From the IMG/VR virus record IMGVR_UViG_2675903606_000008, positions 1-8,638 of that record: a DNA stretch of 8,638 nt. The stretch is one strand, 5' to 3'. This document shows, one piece after another, positions 1 to 5,635 of the stretch. Source of the stretch: a virus (taxonomy: Duplodnaviria; Heunggongvirae; Uroviricota; Caudoviricetes). Position numbers and translations under genes: made by a program. The notes under the pieces were generated by a model. That model searched no databases, was not told the origin of the DNA, and was given only the letters and a program-made list of their open reading frames with translations. The first letter of the stretch is position 1; every line of letters begins with the position of its first letter.

Positions 1-1157
1 TCTTCCAGGATATCTTTTTCCGGTGTATGTCGTGCAGCAGTGAGAGTTTCCTTGCTGGGGTTCTCGTGATCAGTCTCCGTTAAGTAGGCGTTGATATACC
101 CCTGAAGGCGTCCCGGGTAGTGATAAAACTCAGGGTGAGCGCTCCGGATAAGTGCAAAAATAGCGGCGCGGGAATAGTCCAGAATACCCGGGGTTGCGCG
201 AAGTGCTGCGGACCATTCTTTGAACGGACTTTCTCTTTTCAGGACGATTTCTTTTGCGCGACGATAAACGCTGCCCGGAATTTCATAAATATTAAAATCC
301 ATCGGAAGTGTGGCTGCTGCAATCTCCACATCCAGCGTATCGAAGGTGTGTACTAAATTCGGATTGCGATCGGTTTTGTTCCCGCCACCGGCATTTGCAC
401 CGGAAGCCGTACGGGTGATACGCGAAACACGATTTCCTTTCATCCACTCTTTTGTCAGCAGACCCCGATCAGTGTAGTCAGCGTCCAGGTATGCCTCGAA
501 AAAAGCAGTTATCAGTCCCAGGTCTGAATTACCGGGATTAGGGAAAACTTTGTCAGTGTCGCGTACCAGTTTGTGAAGGTCGCGAATCTCCAGCGGGTCG
601 AGCAGCTTTGTTTTGTGAGAAATGGCCAGGGCAGTAACAGCCGGCAGTTCTTCCGCCCGTGCTATATGTAATGCCTGAAGTTCTTCCCGTGCAACGTGCG
701 TTACTGGTTTTTCGCTGCCGTGTTGCGCAAGCCAGCGAATGGGCAGCTCCTGACCAGAAACAGGCAGGAGCATATTCTCCTCAATCTCCGTCATGTCTTC
801 GCCGTTGAGGTTGGTATTGTCAGTACTGGCTGGTTTCTCCTGCACGGAGGGAGAGGGCGCGATAAATACCATTGTAATGCCATCTTCCCCGCCTTTTTCG
901 TATCGGTTGCAGAATTCGGTATCAAACACGCCTTCAGGTGGAAGGTCATTCACAACGGGTAAATGGACGCGAACGGGTTTTTTAAAGTCGTCTTCATCAT
1001 AATCGTTGTCATCCATTGCGGTAATGCAGCGGGAGATGGCAACAGATAATTTTTTTGCTGTAGTCCAGTAAAAACCACCTTTAATTCCCAGACGTTTTCT
1101 GACTTTGTCATTTTTTGCTTCGCAATATAGCGCAAATTCTTCTTTATCAGTGCTCAT
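1..1157 (-). CDS. YdfE-like prophage protein, partial (C-terminus beyond window edge; at least 385 aa visible)
   Basis: Hand translation of the reverse strand from ATG (plus-strand CAT at 1155..1157) gives an uninterrupted frame to position 1, beginning [36 protein letters not shown]. It is absent from the supplied ORF track, probably because its stop codon lies outside the window. Position directly downstream of dicB-ydfD matches where ydfE lies in the K-12 Qin prophage; the call rests on synteny, not sequence recognition. Confidence 0.6.
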   Translation of the reverse strand, partial: MSTDKEEFALYCEAKNDKVRKRLGIKGGFYWTTAKKLSVAISRCITAMDDNDYDEDDFKKPVRVHLPVVNDLPPEGVFDTEFCNRYEKGGEDGITMVFIAPSPSVQEKPASTDNTNLNGEDMTEIEENMLLPVSGQELPIRWLAQHGSEKPVTHVAREELQALHIARAEELPAVTALAISHKTKLLDPLEIRDLHKLVRDTDKVFPNPGNSDLGLITAFFEAYLDADYTDRGLLTKEWMKGNRVSRITRTASGANAGGGNKTDRNPNLVHTFDTLDVEIAAATLPMDFNIYEIPGSVYRRAKEIVLKRESPFKEWSAALRATPGILDYSRAAIFALIRSAHPEFYHYPGRLQGYINAYLTETDHENPSKETLTAARHTPEKDILE

Positions 1158-1249
1158 TGATAAACCTCATTACAGATTTAAGGGTGAACAAATCCCTGCC
1201 ATTGCTGGCATTTTTAATCCGTTGGTATGGTGTTAATATGGCTGGAGGG

Positions 1250-1438
1250 TTATCCAGCCGGTGTTTCGTTATTCAGGTACAGCGATACTTTTTTTACCGG
1301 GAGGCATTCACCAGAAATTTTTTGCTCGTCTCTTGCCTGGAGGCAGGATTCTTTACTGGCATAAATTCCGGTAATCACATTCTGTGATTCACCCGTTATA
1401 AGAAAAACCGTCATCATCAGTGCAAATGCTGAAGTCAT
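1250..1438 (-). CDS. ydfD: YdfD-family small lysis protein (62 aa, N-terminal hydrophobic segment)
   Basis: Track ORF 1250..1438 minus, MTSAFALMMTVFLITGESQNV...EQKISGECLPVKKV...ETPAG. It matches my memory of E. coli YdfD in length, hydrophobic N-terminus and the EQKI.G.C.PV.KV motif. Its ATG overlaps the dicB stop in an ATGA arrangement (1435..1438). Confidence 0.75.
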   Translation of the reverse strand: MTSAFALMMTVFLITGESQNVITGIYASKESCLQARDEQKISGECLPVKKVSLYLNNETPAG

Positions 1439-1623
1439 TGACGTTCTCCGAAAATACCAAGTTCAAGAAGAGCAATTCGGGAAAGTATGGAATTATCATT
1501 GAGCAGATAAGGCTCATATTTCCTCATGTTAATGGCATCTTCAGTAAACTCCCGGTTACTGAGCAGAACACCAATATCAAAACAACCTTCAGACGTATTA
1601 ACGTTTGGTAATAACGTTTCCAT
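1435..1623 (-). CDS. dicB: DicB cell-division inhibitor (62 aa)
   Basis: Internal Met of track ORF 1435..1728 gives METLLPNVNTSEGCFDIGVLLSNREFTEDAINMRKYEPYLLNDNSILSRIALLELGIFGERQ. The N-terminal 30 residues are near-identical to DicB as I recall it (MKTLLPNVNTSEGCFEIGV...FTEDAIN.RK). A GAGGA Shine-Dalgarno lies 7 nt upstream of the ATG at 1621..1623. Confidence 0.85.
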   Translation of the reverse strand: METLLPNVNTSEGCFDIGVLLSNREFTEDAINMRKYEPYLLNDNSILSRIALLELGIFGERQ

Positions 1624-1792
1624 TATCGCGTCCTCAACAATGAATTTTGTGATGCAGTGCCTGGTGCCTCCAGGTGACGTTAACCAGTTAACAATTAACG
1701 CCGGATACAGAGAATCCACCCATAACACTGTTTTTGGTTTTAACTGTTCCGCGTGCGCTTAGCCGCATTCACCGCATCACAAAATTCACTTT

Positions 1793-1835
1793 AAAAAGGG
1801 CGGCAGAGCAGCCACGGAGTAAAACTGATACCGCC
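1793..1835 (-). terminator. Intrinsic terminator-like hairpin forming the DicF 3' end (GGCGG...CCGCC stem plus U-tract)
   Basis: On the minus strand GGCGG (plus 1831..1835) can pair with CCGCC (plus 1799..1803), with additional internal pairing and a following TTTTT (plus 1793..1797). dicB downstream must be expressed by readthrough or processing. Confidence 0.5.
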
Positions 1836-1850
1836 AAACGTCACCAGAAA
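1798..1850 (-). ncRNA. dicF: DicF small regulatory RNA (53 nt; known antisense regulator of ftsZ and other mRNAs)
   Basis: The reverse complement of 1798..1850 is TTTCTGGTGACGTTTGGCGGTATCAGTTTTACTCCGTGGCTGCTCTGCCGCCC, essentially identical to the E. coli DicF sequence as I remember it, followed by a T5 tract. It lies in the expected position between the upstream genes and dicB. Confidence 0.85.
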
Positions 1851-2187
1851 ATTGATAACAGAGGGCGTTGCAGCGGGGTTGTCACTTAAGCGTATGGTCA
1901 ACCTGACAACCCGGTGTCCTCAATGGGGAAGGAATAACCCCGCCATACTTACCGCCGCGCCATTTCGCGGAGTGCCACAACCGGAAGCGCACGTTCGAAG
2001 AAATCTAACGACAAGCCTTCTAAGGGAAAGAGCTTCGCCGTACGCTTTCGCGTTATGCACTGACTTTTCAGGGAAATATCCTTTCAGTAAACTGTCAGTA
2101 CCGGATTCTTATCCGTGTCCGGCGCACGACCACACGTGACAGCGTGTTGGTCTCCATTTTTAACCCAGAACCTCAATGGAGGATAAA

Positions 2188-2397
2188 ATGCCAAACAAAA
2201 AAAGAAATCCGCTTATTGAAAAACAGATTGAATGCCTGGTAAATCAACTCAGGCAATCAGGGTTATTAAAAACTCATTCAGAGTTGAGGCTCACAGAATC
2301 AGCATTCGACGATAAATTAAATAATGTCCTTTATAATGGCATTATTGATTTTAATCGTTCTGTTGGTCGCCGCGGCCCTGCTGGTGTTTCCTTATAA
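2188..2397 (+). CDS. Hypothetical small protein (69 aa), convergent with the 216-aa gene; coding status uncertain
   Basis: Track ORF 2176..2397; the second ATG at 2188 is preceded by GGAGGA (2178..2183). The stretch is AT-rich (roughly 35% GC by hand count over about 150 nt). Product MPNKKRNPLIEKQIECLVNQLRQSGLLKTHSELRLTESAFDDKLNNVLYNG... is protein-like, with no family recognised. Its stop TAA (2395..2397) abuts the minus-strand stop at 2398..2400. Confidence 0.35.
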   Translation: MPNKKRNPLIEKQIECLVNQLRQSGLLKTHSELRLTESAFDDKLNNVLYNGIIDFNRSVGRRGPAGVSL

Positions 2398-3048
2398 TTA
2401 CCAGTCAATCCAGAGTGGACCGTGTTCAGCGTAAATATAACTGTACACATCCAGATTATATTTGTGGTCTGTTAAGAACAGGCTGCAAATACATGCCGAA
2501 GCTTCCAGTGCAGCGGCTCTGTTACTGAATAACCATGTAGCAACATTCCAGCGTTTTTCTGCATCCCAGTCTTTCTCAAGGCCTGATACCATGAAGAAAC
2601 CGTTAGTGTTGCCATCAAATAATTCTGTTTCCAAATTTTTAAGCAATGCCTGATGGACTCTTGCCAGGTATTCCGCCGGAATTTCGCCACGAATTCTGAT
2701 GAGATTGTCATAAACAAACATGTTCCCCGCATATGGCGATTTTTCTTTCTTGTTTTTTAAACCAGCATCATGAGCAAACTGATCAATTTCTTCTTCCGTT
2801 GGTTTCGTATTGATGTTTTGCGCTGTCGTTTCTGCAATTTTATTTGCCACACTCTCTGAGTCGTGTTTATTTATAGACGCACAGAAATACAATCCGGTAA
2901 ACGCATCGCGCACATTACGAGCCATATTATCAGTGTCTTTTTTCGTTACCGATTCCAATTCAAGTTCGTTCAGACGATGACGAAGTGTGTGTGCTGCAAT
3001 CTCCTGGATTGAAGGAGGTAAATCTTTAAATTCCATCGTCAACCTCAT
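2398..3048 (-). CDS. Hypothetical protein (216 aa), accessory gene in the dicB operon at the position of ydfB/ydfC
   Basis: Track ORF 2398..3048 minus. Its ATG overlaps the ydfA stop as ATGA (3046..3050), which suggests translational coupling. An alternative start is M5 (MEFKDLPPSIQ, plus-strand CAT 3034..3036). It is more AT-rich than the flanking prophage genes. I recognise no family or catalytic motif. Confidence 0.7.
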   Translation of the reverse strand: MRLTMEFKDLPPSIQEIAAHTLRHRLNELELESVTKKDTDNMARNVRDAFTGLYFCASINKHDSESVANKIAETTAQNINTKPTEEEIDQFAHDAGLKNKKEKSPYAGNMFVYDNLIRIRGEIPAEYLARVHQALLKNLETELFDGNTNGFFMVSGLEKDWDAEKRWNVATWLFSNRAAALEASACICSLFLTDHKYNLDVYSYIYAEHGPLWIDW

Positions 3049-3200
3049 CAGTCAGTGTTTCTGGCTAACCAGCGACGCGCGCCAGCTTCAGTTTTAAACG
3101 TTTTGCTTCTGGTATACGTCATCGCGGTAAACGTGCCGTCCTGATTGGGAAACACGCCACATACCAGAGATTCGTTGTTGCCAAGATCGATAGTATCCAT
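3048..3200 (-). CDS. ydfA: YdfA-family small protein (50 aa), first gene of the dicB operon
   Basis: Internal start of track ORF 3048..3278 gives MDTIDLGNNESLVCGVFPNQDGTFTAMTYTRSKTFKTEAGARRWLARNTD, which closely matches E. coli YdfA as I recall it. GAGG lies 6 nt upstream of the ATG at 3198..3200. Confidence 0.8.
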   Translation of the reverse strand: MDTIDLGNNESLVCGVFPNQDGTFTAMTYTRSKTFKTEAGARRWLARNTD

Positions 3201-3277
3201 GCTGACCTCATTTCCCCTTAACGCCGGGGTAGCGGAACTGTTTGCTGAGAACACCGTGCGGTGTCTTGATGCAAGCA

Positions 3278-3332
3278 AGATTAGCCATGACTAACAATTT
3301 GGTCAAGTATTTTTGTTTGCCATGACTAACAT
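3278..3332 (-). promoter_or_regulatory. Putative dicB-operon promoter (minus strand -35 TTGACC, 17-nt spacer, -10 TAATCT) flanked by two DicA-operator-like 20-mers
   Basis: On the minus strand: -35 TTGACC (plus 3301..3306), 17-nt spacer, -10 TAATCT (plus 3278..3283). Operator-like 20-mers at 3278..3297 (overlapping spacer and -10) and 3313..3332 resemble the palindrome in the dicA-dicC intergenic region. Confidence 0.55.
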
Positions 3333-3366
3333 TTTGGGCAACCAAAAAGATAACGCATTGATTGCG

Positions 3367-3774
3367 TTATCTTTTGTTTGTTCGTTGACGGGCTTTTAAT
3401 AACTCTTCAAAGAGTTTGTTGAAATTTTTTACTCGGGCGCGCATCTCGGTGAGCTGAGCATCCTGTTCTGATTCAGGCAATGCATTAAAAAGCTCAAGGA
3501 GCTCATGTTCTTTGGGGGATAGAGCAACTGGCTCCTCAATAGGTGGTGATGGTTGCTTGTCTTCATCGCCAAATAGAATCCATGTTGGCGAGCACTGCAG
3601 TACTTTGCTGAGGGCAAAAAGATTCTTTCCTGTAGGTTCGCTATCATCCCGCTCCCATTGTGAAACCGATACGTGAGAAATTTTCAGGACTTTAGCAAGA
3701 GACCTTTGGGTGTATTTGAGGTTTTTTCGGCGATATCTAATGCGTTCGCCAATGGTTAAATTTTTTGTATCCAT
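3367..3774 (-). CDS. dicA: DicA, CI-like HTH (XRE-family) repressor of the dicB operon (135 aa)
   Basis: Track ORF 3367..3774 minus, MDTKNLTIGERIRYRRKNLKYTQRSLAKVLKISHVSVSQWERDDSEPTGKNLFALSKVLQCSPTWILFGDEDKQ...NFNKLFEELLKARQRTNKR. This is near-identical over its full length to E. coli DicA as I recall it. It is divergently arranged with dicC. Confidence 0.9.
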   Translation of the reverse strand: MDTKNLTIGERIRYRRKNLKYTQRSLAKVLKISHVSVSQWERDDSEPTGKNLFALSKVLQCSPTWILFGDEDKQPSPPIEEPVALSPKEHELLELFNALPESEQDAQLTEMRARVKNFNKLFEELLKARQRTNKR

Positions 3775-3796
3775 AGTTAGCTAATGCTAAATCTTA

Positions 3797-3843
3797 TTGA
3801 CTATGTTTTTGTTAACATCTATTTTGTTAGTCATGGCTAACAA
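3797..3843 (+). promoter_or_regulatory. Putative dicC promoter (-35 TTGACT, 17-nt spacer, -10 TATTTT) with overlapping palindromic operator
   Basis: TTGACT at 3797..3802, 17-nt spacer, TATTTT at 3820..3825. The 20-bp operator TTGTTAGTCATGGCTAACAA (3824..3843) has perfect 7-bp inverted arms and starts within the -10 hexamer. The dicA promoter should lie in the same 83-bp intergenic region but I could not place it convincingly. Confidence 0.55.
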
Positions 3844-3857
3844 TCAAGGTGCTTTAA

Positions 3858-4088
3858 ATGCTTAAAACTGACGCACTTTTGTATTTCGGTTCAAAAACAA
3901 AACTTGCACAAGCTGCTGGTATTCGTTTGGCTTCGCTTTATAGCTGGAAAGGGGAGCTAGTACCTGAAGGTCGCGCGATGCGCCTGCAAGAGGCATCCGG
4001 CGGGGAACTTCAGTACGACCCCAAAGTTTATGACGAATATCGTAAGGCAAAGCGGGCGGGGCGGTTGAACAATGAAAATCACCCCTGA
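3858..4088 (+). CDS. dicC: DicC, Cro-like small regulator (76 aa)
   Basis: Track ORF 3858..4088 plus, MLKTDALLYFGSKTKLAQAAGIRLASLYSWKGELVPEGRAMRLQEASGGELQYDPKVYDEYRKAKRAGRLNNENHP. This is near-identical to E. coli DicC as I recall it and is divergent from dicA. Confidence 0.9.
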   Translation: MLKTDALLYFGSKTKLAQAAGIRLASLYSWKGELVPEGRAMRLQEASGGELQYDPKVYDEYRKAKRAGRLNNENHP

Positions 4089-4623
4089 ACAGGTTTGTGA
4101 GGCTCTGGATGCCTGGGTGTGCCGACCAGGAATGACACAGGAACAGGCGACGATATTAATCACGGAAGCATTCTGGGCTCTGAAAGAACGCCCGAACATC
4201 GATGTTCAACGCATCACGTTTAATGATGGCGAGGTTGATCAACGGGCACTGGGCGTTAACCGGGTGAAGATATTCGAACGCTGGAAAGCTATCGACACCA
4301 GGGATAAGCGGAAAAAATTCACGGCGCTGATTCCGGCAATTATGGAGGCTATCCGAATTAGTGATTTCAGGTTGTATCGTGAGATCAGTGATGGAAAAAG
4401 CATTACGTACATGATCGCCGGATTAAACAAAGAATATGGCGATGTGGTGGAGTCCGGGCTGCTTTTTGCGGATCCATCTGTTGTGGAACGTGAGACTGAC
4501 GAGCTTATAGAAAAAGCTATTGCTTTCAAGCATGCGTATCGTCAGCAGTATCAATATTACTTTGCAGATAAACAAATATCTGCCAGGGGTTCGTATGAGT
4601 ATCGATGCACTACGATGGGCTAA
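4072..4623 (+). CDS. YdaT-family protein (CII-like regulator, formerly annotated as toxin YdaT), 183 aa
   Basis: Track ORF 4072..4623. Its N-terminal half (MKITPEQVCEALDAWVCRPG...KIFERWKAIDTRDKRKKFTALIPAIMEAI) resembles Rac-prophage YdaT (MKIKHEHIRMAMNAWAHPDG...KIFRWVEKD...LLPAIEKAM). It occupies the cII position between the Cro-like and replication genes. Start overlaps the dicC 3' end by 17 nt. Confidence 0.7.
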   Translation: MKITPEQVCEALDAWVCRPGMTQEQATILITEAFWALKERPNIDVQRITFNDGEVDQRALGVNRVKIFERWKAIDTRDKRKKFTALIPAIMEAIRISDFRLYREISDGKSITYMIAGLNKEYGDVVESGLLFADPSVVERETDELIEKAIAFKHAYRQQYQYYFADKQISARGSYEYRCTTMG

Positions 4624-5635
4624 AAAGGTGAAAACCGGCAGTTCATCCAGTAAGTCTGTATTGACCTGGCTTGCTGATATGTGCGGTGCCGATTTGTGTG
4701 CATACCCGTCTGTATCTGCACTGGCAGAAGTAACGGAACTGAACAAAAAGACTGTGCAGGACAGCTTACGACACCTGATGGAGATTGGGTTAATTGTTGA
4801 TACCGGTGAGAGAAAAGGCAGAACAAAGCAAATTGTGGTGTACCGACTTATCGGTGTAGAAGAAAGTGTTGCCGAGCCTGAATACACCCAAAAACGGGTG
4901 TCTTTAAAGGTGGGTAAAATTGGTGCTGTTAATAAAAACAGTACCGAAAACGGTTATGTTTCAGCACAAAAGAGCCCCAAAAACGGAACTCTTTGTTGCA
5001 TGGAAAATAACCAAAGACACCCAAATTTTCCATCAAAGACACCCAAAAACGGATCACGGAACCCAAAGGAACCCAAAGATCTAAACCCCACACATAACGC
5101 ACGCGAGAGTGCTCCGATCAGTGAGCAGGAAGTTTTGTCGTTACAGGCAGCCCCCCATGTATTCCTGGATGGCCTGAGCGAACCCATCGGAAAATTTCCG
5201 ATGACCGATAGCTGGTATCCGTCACGGGATTTTCGACGACGGGCTGCGTTGTGGGGGATGGCTTTGCCGGAGACAGAATTTACACCTGCTGAACTTACCG
5301 CATTCCGGGACTACTGGGCAGCGGAGGGGAAAGTGTTTACGCAGATTCAGTGGGAGCAGAAATTCGCCCGTCACGTAAATCACGTCAGGGCGCAGGTTAA
5401 ACCAGTCAGCAAGGGGGTAAACCATGCAGCAGCACCAGGTGGCACCGCATCACGGGCAGTTCAGGAAATTCGGGCAGCACGTGAGCAGTGGGAACGTGAA
5501 AACGGATTTATCAGCGACGGAAACGGCCTGGAAGCTGTGGGAGCTCATGGGGGAGGTTTATTCGAACCGCTGGACCCAGAAGAACGGGGCCGCACCTTCG
5601 AAGCTCTGGATTGCACAGATTGGCGCGATGACTGA
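4595..5635 (+). CDS. Phage replication initiation protein (O-like functional analogue) with N-terminal winged-helix/HTH domain
   Basis: Track ORF 4520..5635. I prefer the ATG at 4595 (MSIDALRWAKKVKTG..., AGGGG 6 nt upstream). The N-terminus is a typical HTH replication-protein domain (SVLTWLADMCGADLCAYPSVSALAEVTELNKKTVQDSLRHLMEIGLI). A low-complexity, Pro/Lys/Asn-rich middle region is encoded by direct DNA repeats. The gene lies immediately upstream of a lambda P-like gene. Confidence 0.7.
   Translation: MSIDALRWAKKVKTGSSSSKSVLTWLADMCGADLCAYPSVSALAEVTELNKKTVQDSLRHLMEIGLIVDTGERKGRTKQIVVYRLIGVEESVAEPEYTQKRVSLKVGKIGAVNKNSTENGYVSAQKSPKNGTLCCMENNQRHPNFPSKTPKNGSRNPKEPKDLNPTHNARESAPISEQEVLSLQAAPHVFLDGLSEPIGKFPMTDSWYPSRDFRRRAALWGMALPETEFTPAELTAFRDYWAAEGKVFTQIQWEQKFARHVNHVRAQVKPVSKGVNHAAAPGGTASRAVQEIRAAREQWERENGFISDGNGLEAVGAHGGGLFEPLDPEERGRTFEALDCTDWRDD
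5011..5078. repeat. Iteron-like direct repeats inside the initiator gene (candidate replication origin)
   Basis: CAAAGACACCCAAA occurs at 5012..5025 and 5034..5047. Tandem GGAACCCAAAG / GAACCCAAAG occurs at 5058..5068 and 5069..5078. The ACCCAAA core therefore appears four times within about 60 bp, with AAAACGG motifs at 4947, 4979 and 5046 in an AT-richer flank. Confidence 0.4.

Noticed and set aside
120-1002. Plus-strand track ORFs 120..356, 696..962 and 793..1002
   Set aside because: They lie antisense to the long uninterrupted minus-strand ORF (1..1157), have no convincing ribosome-binding sites and have odd composition. Judged spurious.
1-1157. Possible integrase at the left edge of the prophage early region
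   Set aside because: The translated product shows no tyrosine-recombinase features that I can recognise, and synteny (downstream of dicB-ydfD) fits a ydfE-like gene. Called a hypothetical ydfE-like protein instead.
950-1387. Track ORFs 950..1135 (minus) and 1115..1387 (plus)
   Set aside because: The first is out of frame inside the long minus-strand ORF. The second is antisense to ydfD and the ydfD-ydfE spacer. No support.
1420-1762. Plus-strand track ORFs 1420..1611 and 1526..1762
   Set aside because: Antisense to dicB and its leader, which I identify with confidence on the minus strand.
1852-2139. Plus-strand 95-aa track ORF upstream of dicF
   Set aside because: Pro/Arg-rich product that does not look protein-like and has no ribosome-binding site. 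The region is more plausibly untranslated operon leader.
2371-2378. Possible bidirectional terminator between the convergent ORFs
   Set aside because: Only an 8-bp GC palindrome (GCCGCGGC) is present and the stops abut directly. There is no convincing stem-loop with a U-tract on either strand.
2462-2732. Track ORFs 2462..2653 (plus) and 2472..2732 (minus, out of frame)
   Set aside because: Embedded within or antisense to the 216-aa ORF. Shorter and without start signals.
3429-3647. Minus-strand 72-aa track ORF inside dicA in another frame
   Set aside because: dicA is confidently identified in the other frame.
3862-4199. Minus-strand track ORFs 3862..4050 and 3957..4199
   Set aside because: Antisense to dicC and the ydaT-like gene.
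4940-5090. Possibility that the ACCCAAA repeats are a CRISPR array or a mobile-element terminal repeat
   Set aside because: The repeats are short (10 to 14 bp), irregularly spaced and lie inside a continuous coding frame. There are no spacer-like unique segments and no transposase nearby. An iteron-type origin fits better.
4239-5425. Minus-strand track ORFs 4239..4529, 4423..4887, 4620..4826, 4954..5187 and 5222..5425
   Set aside because: Antisense to the ydaT-like and O-like genes. No independent support.
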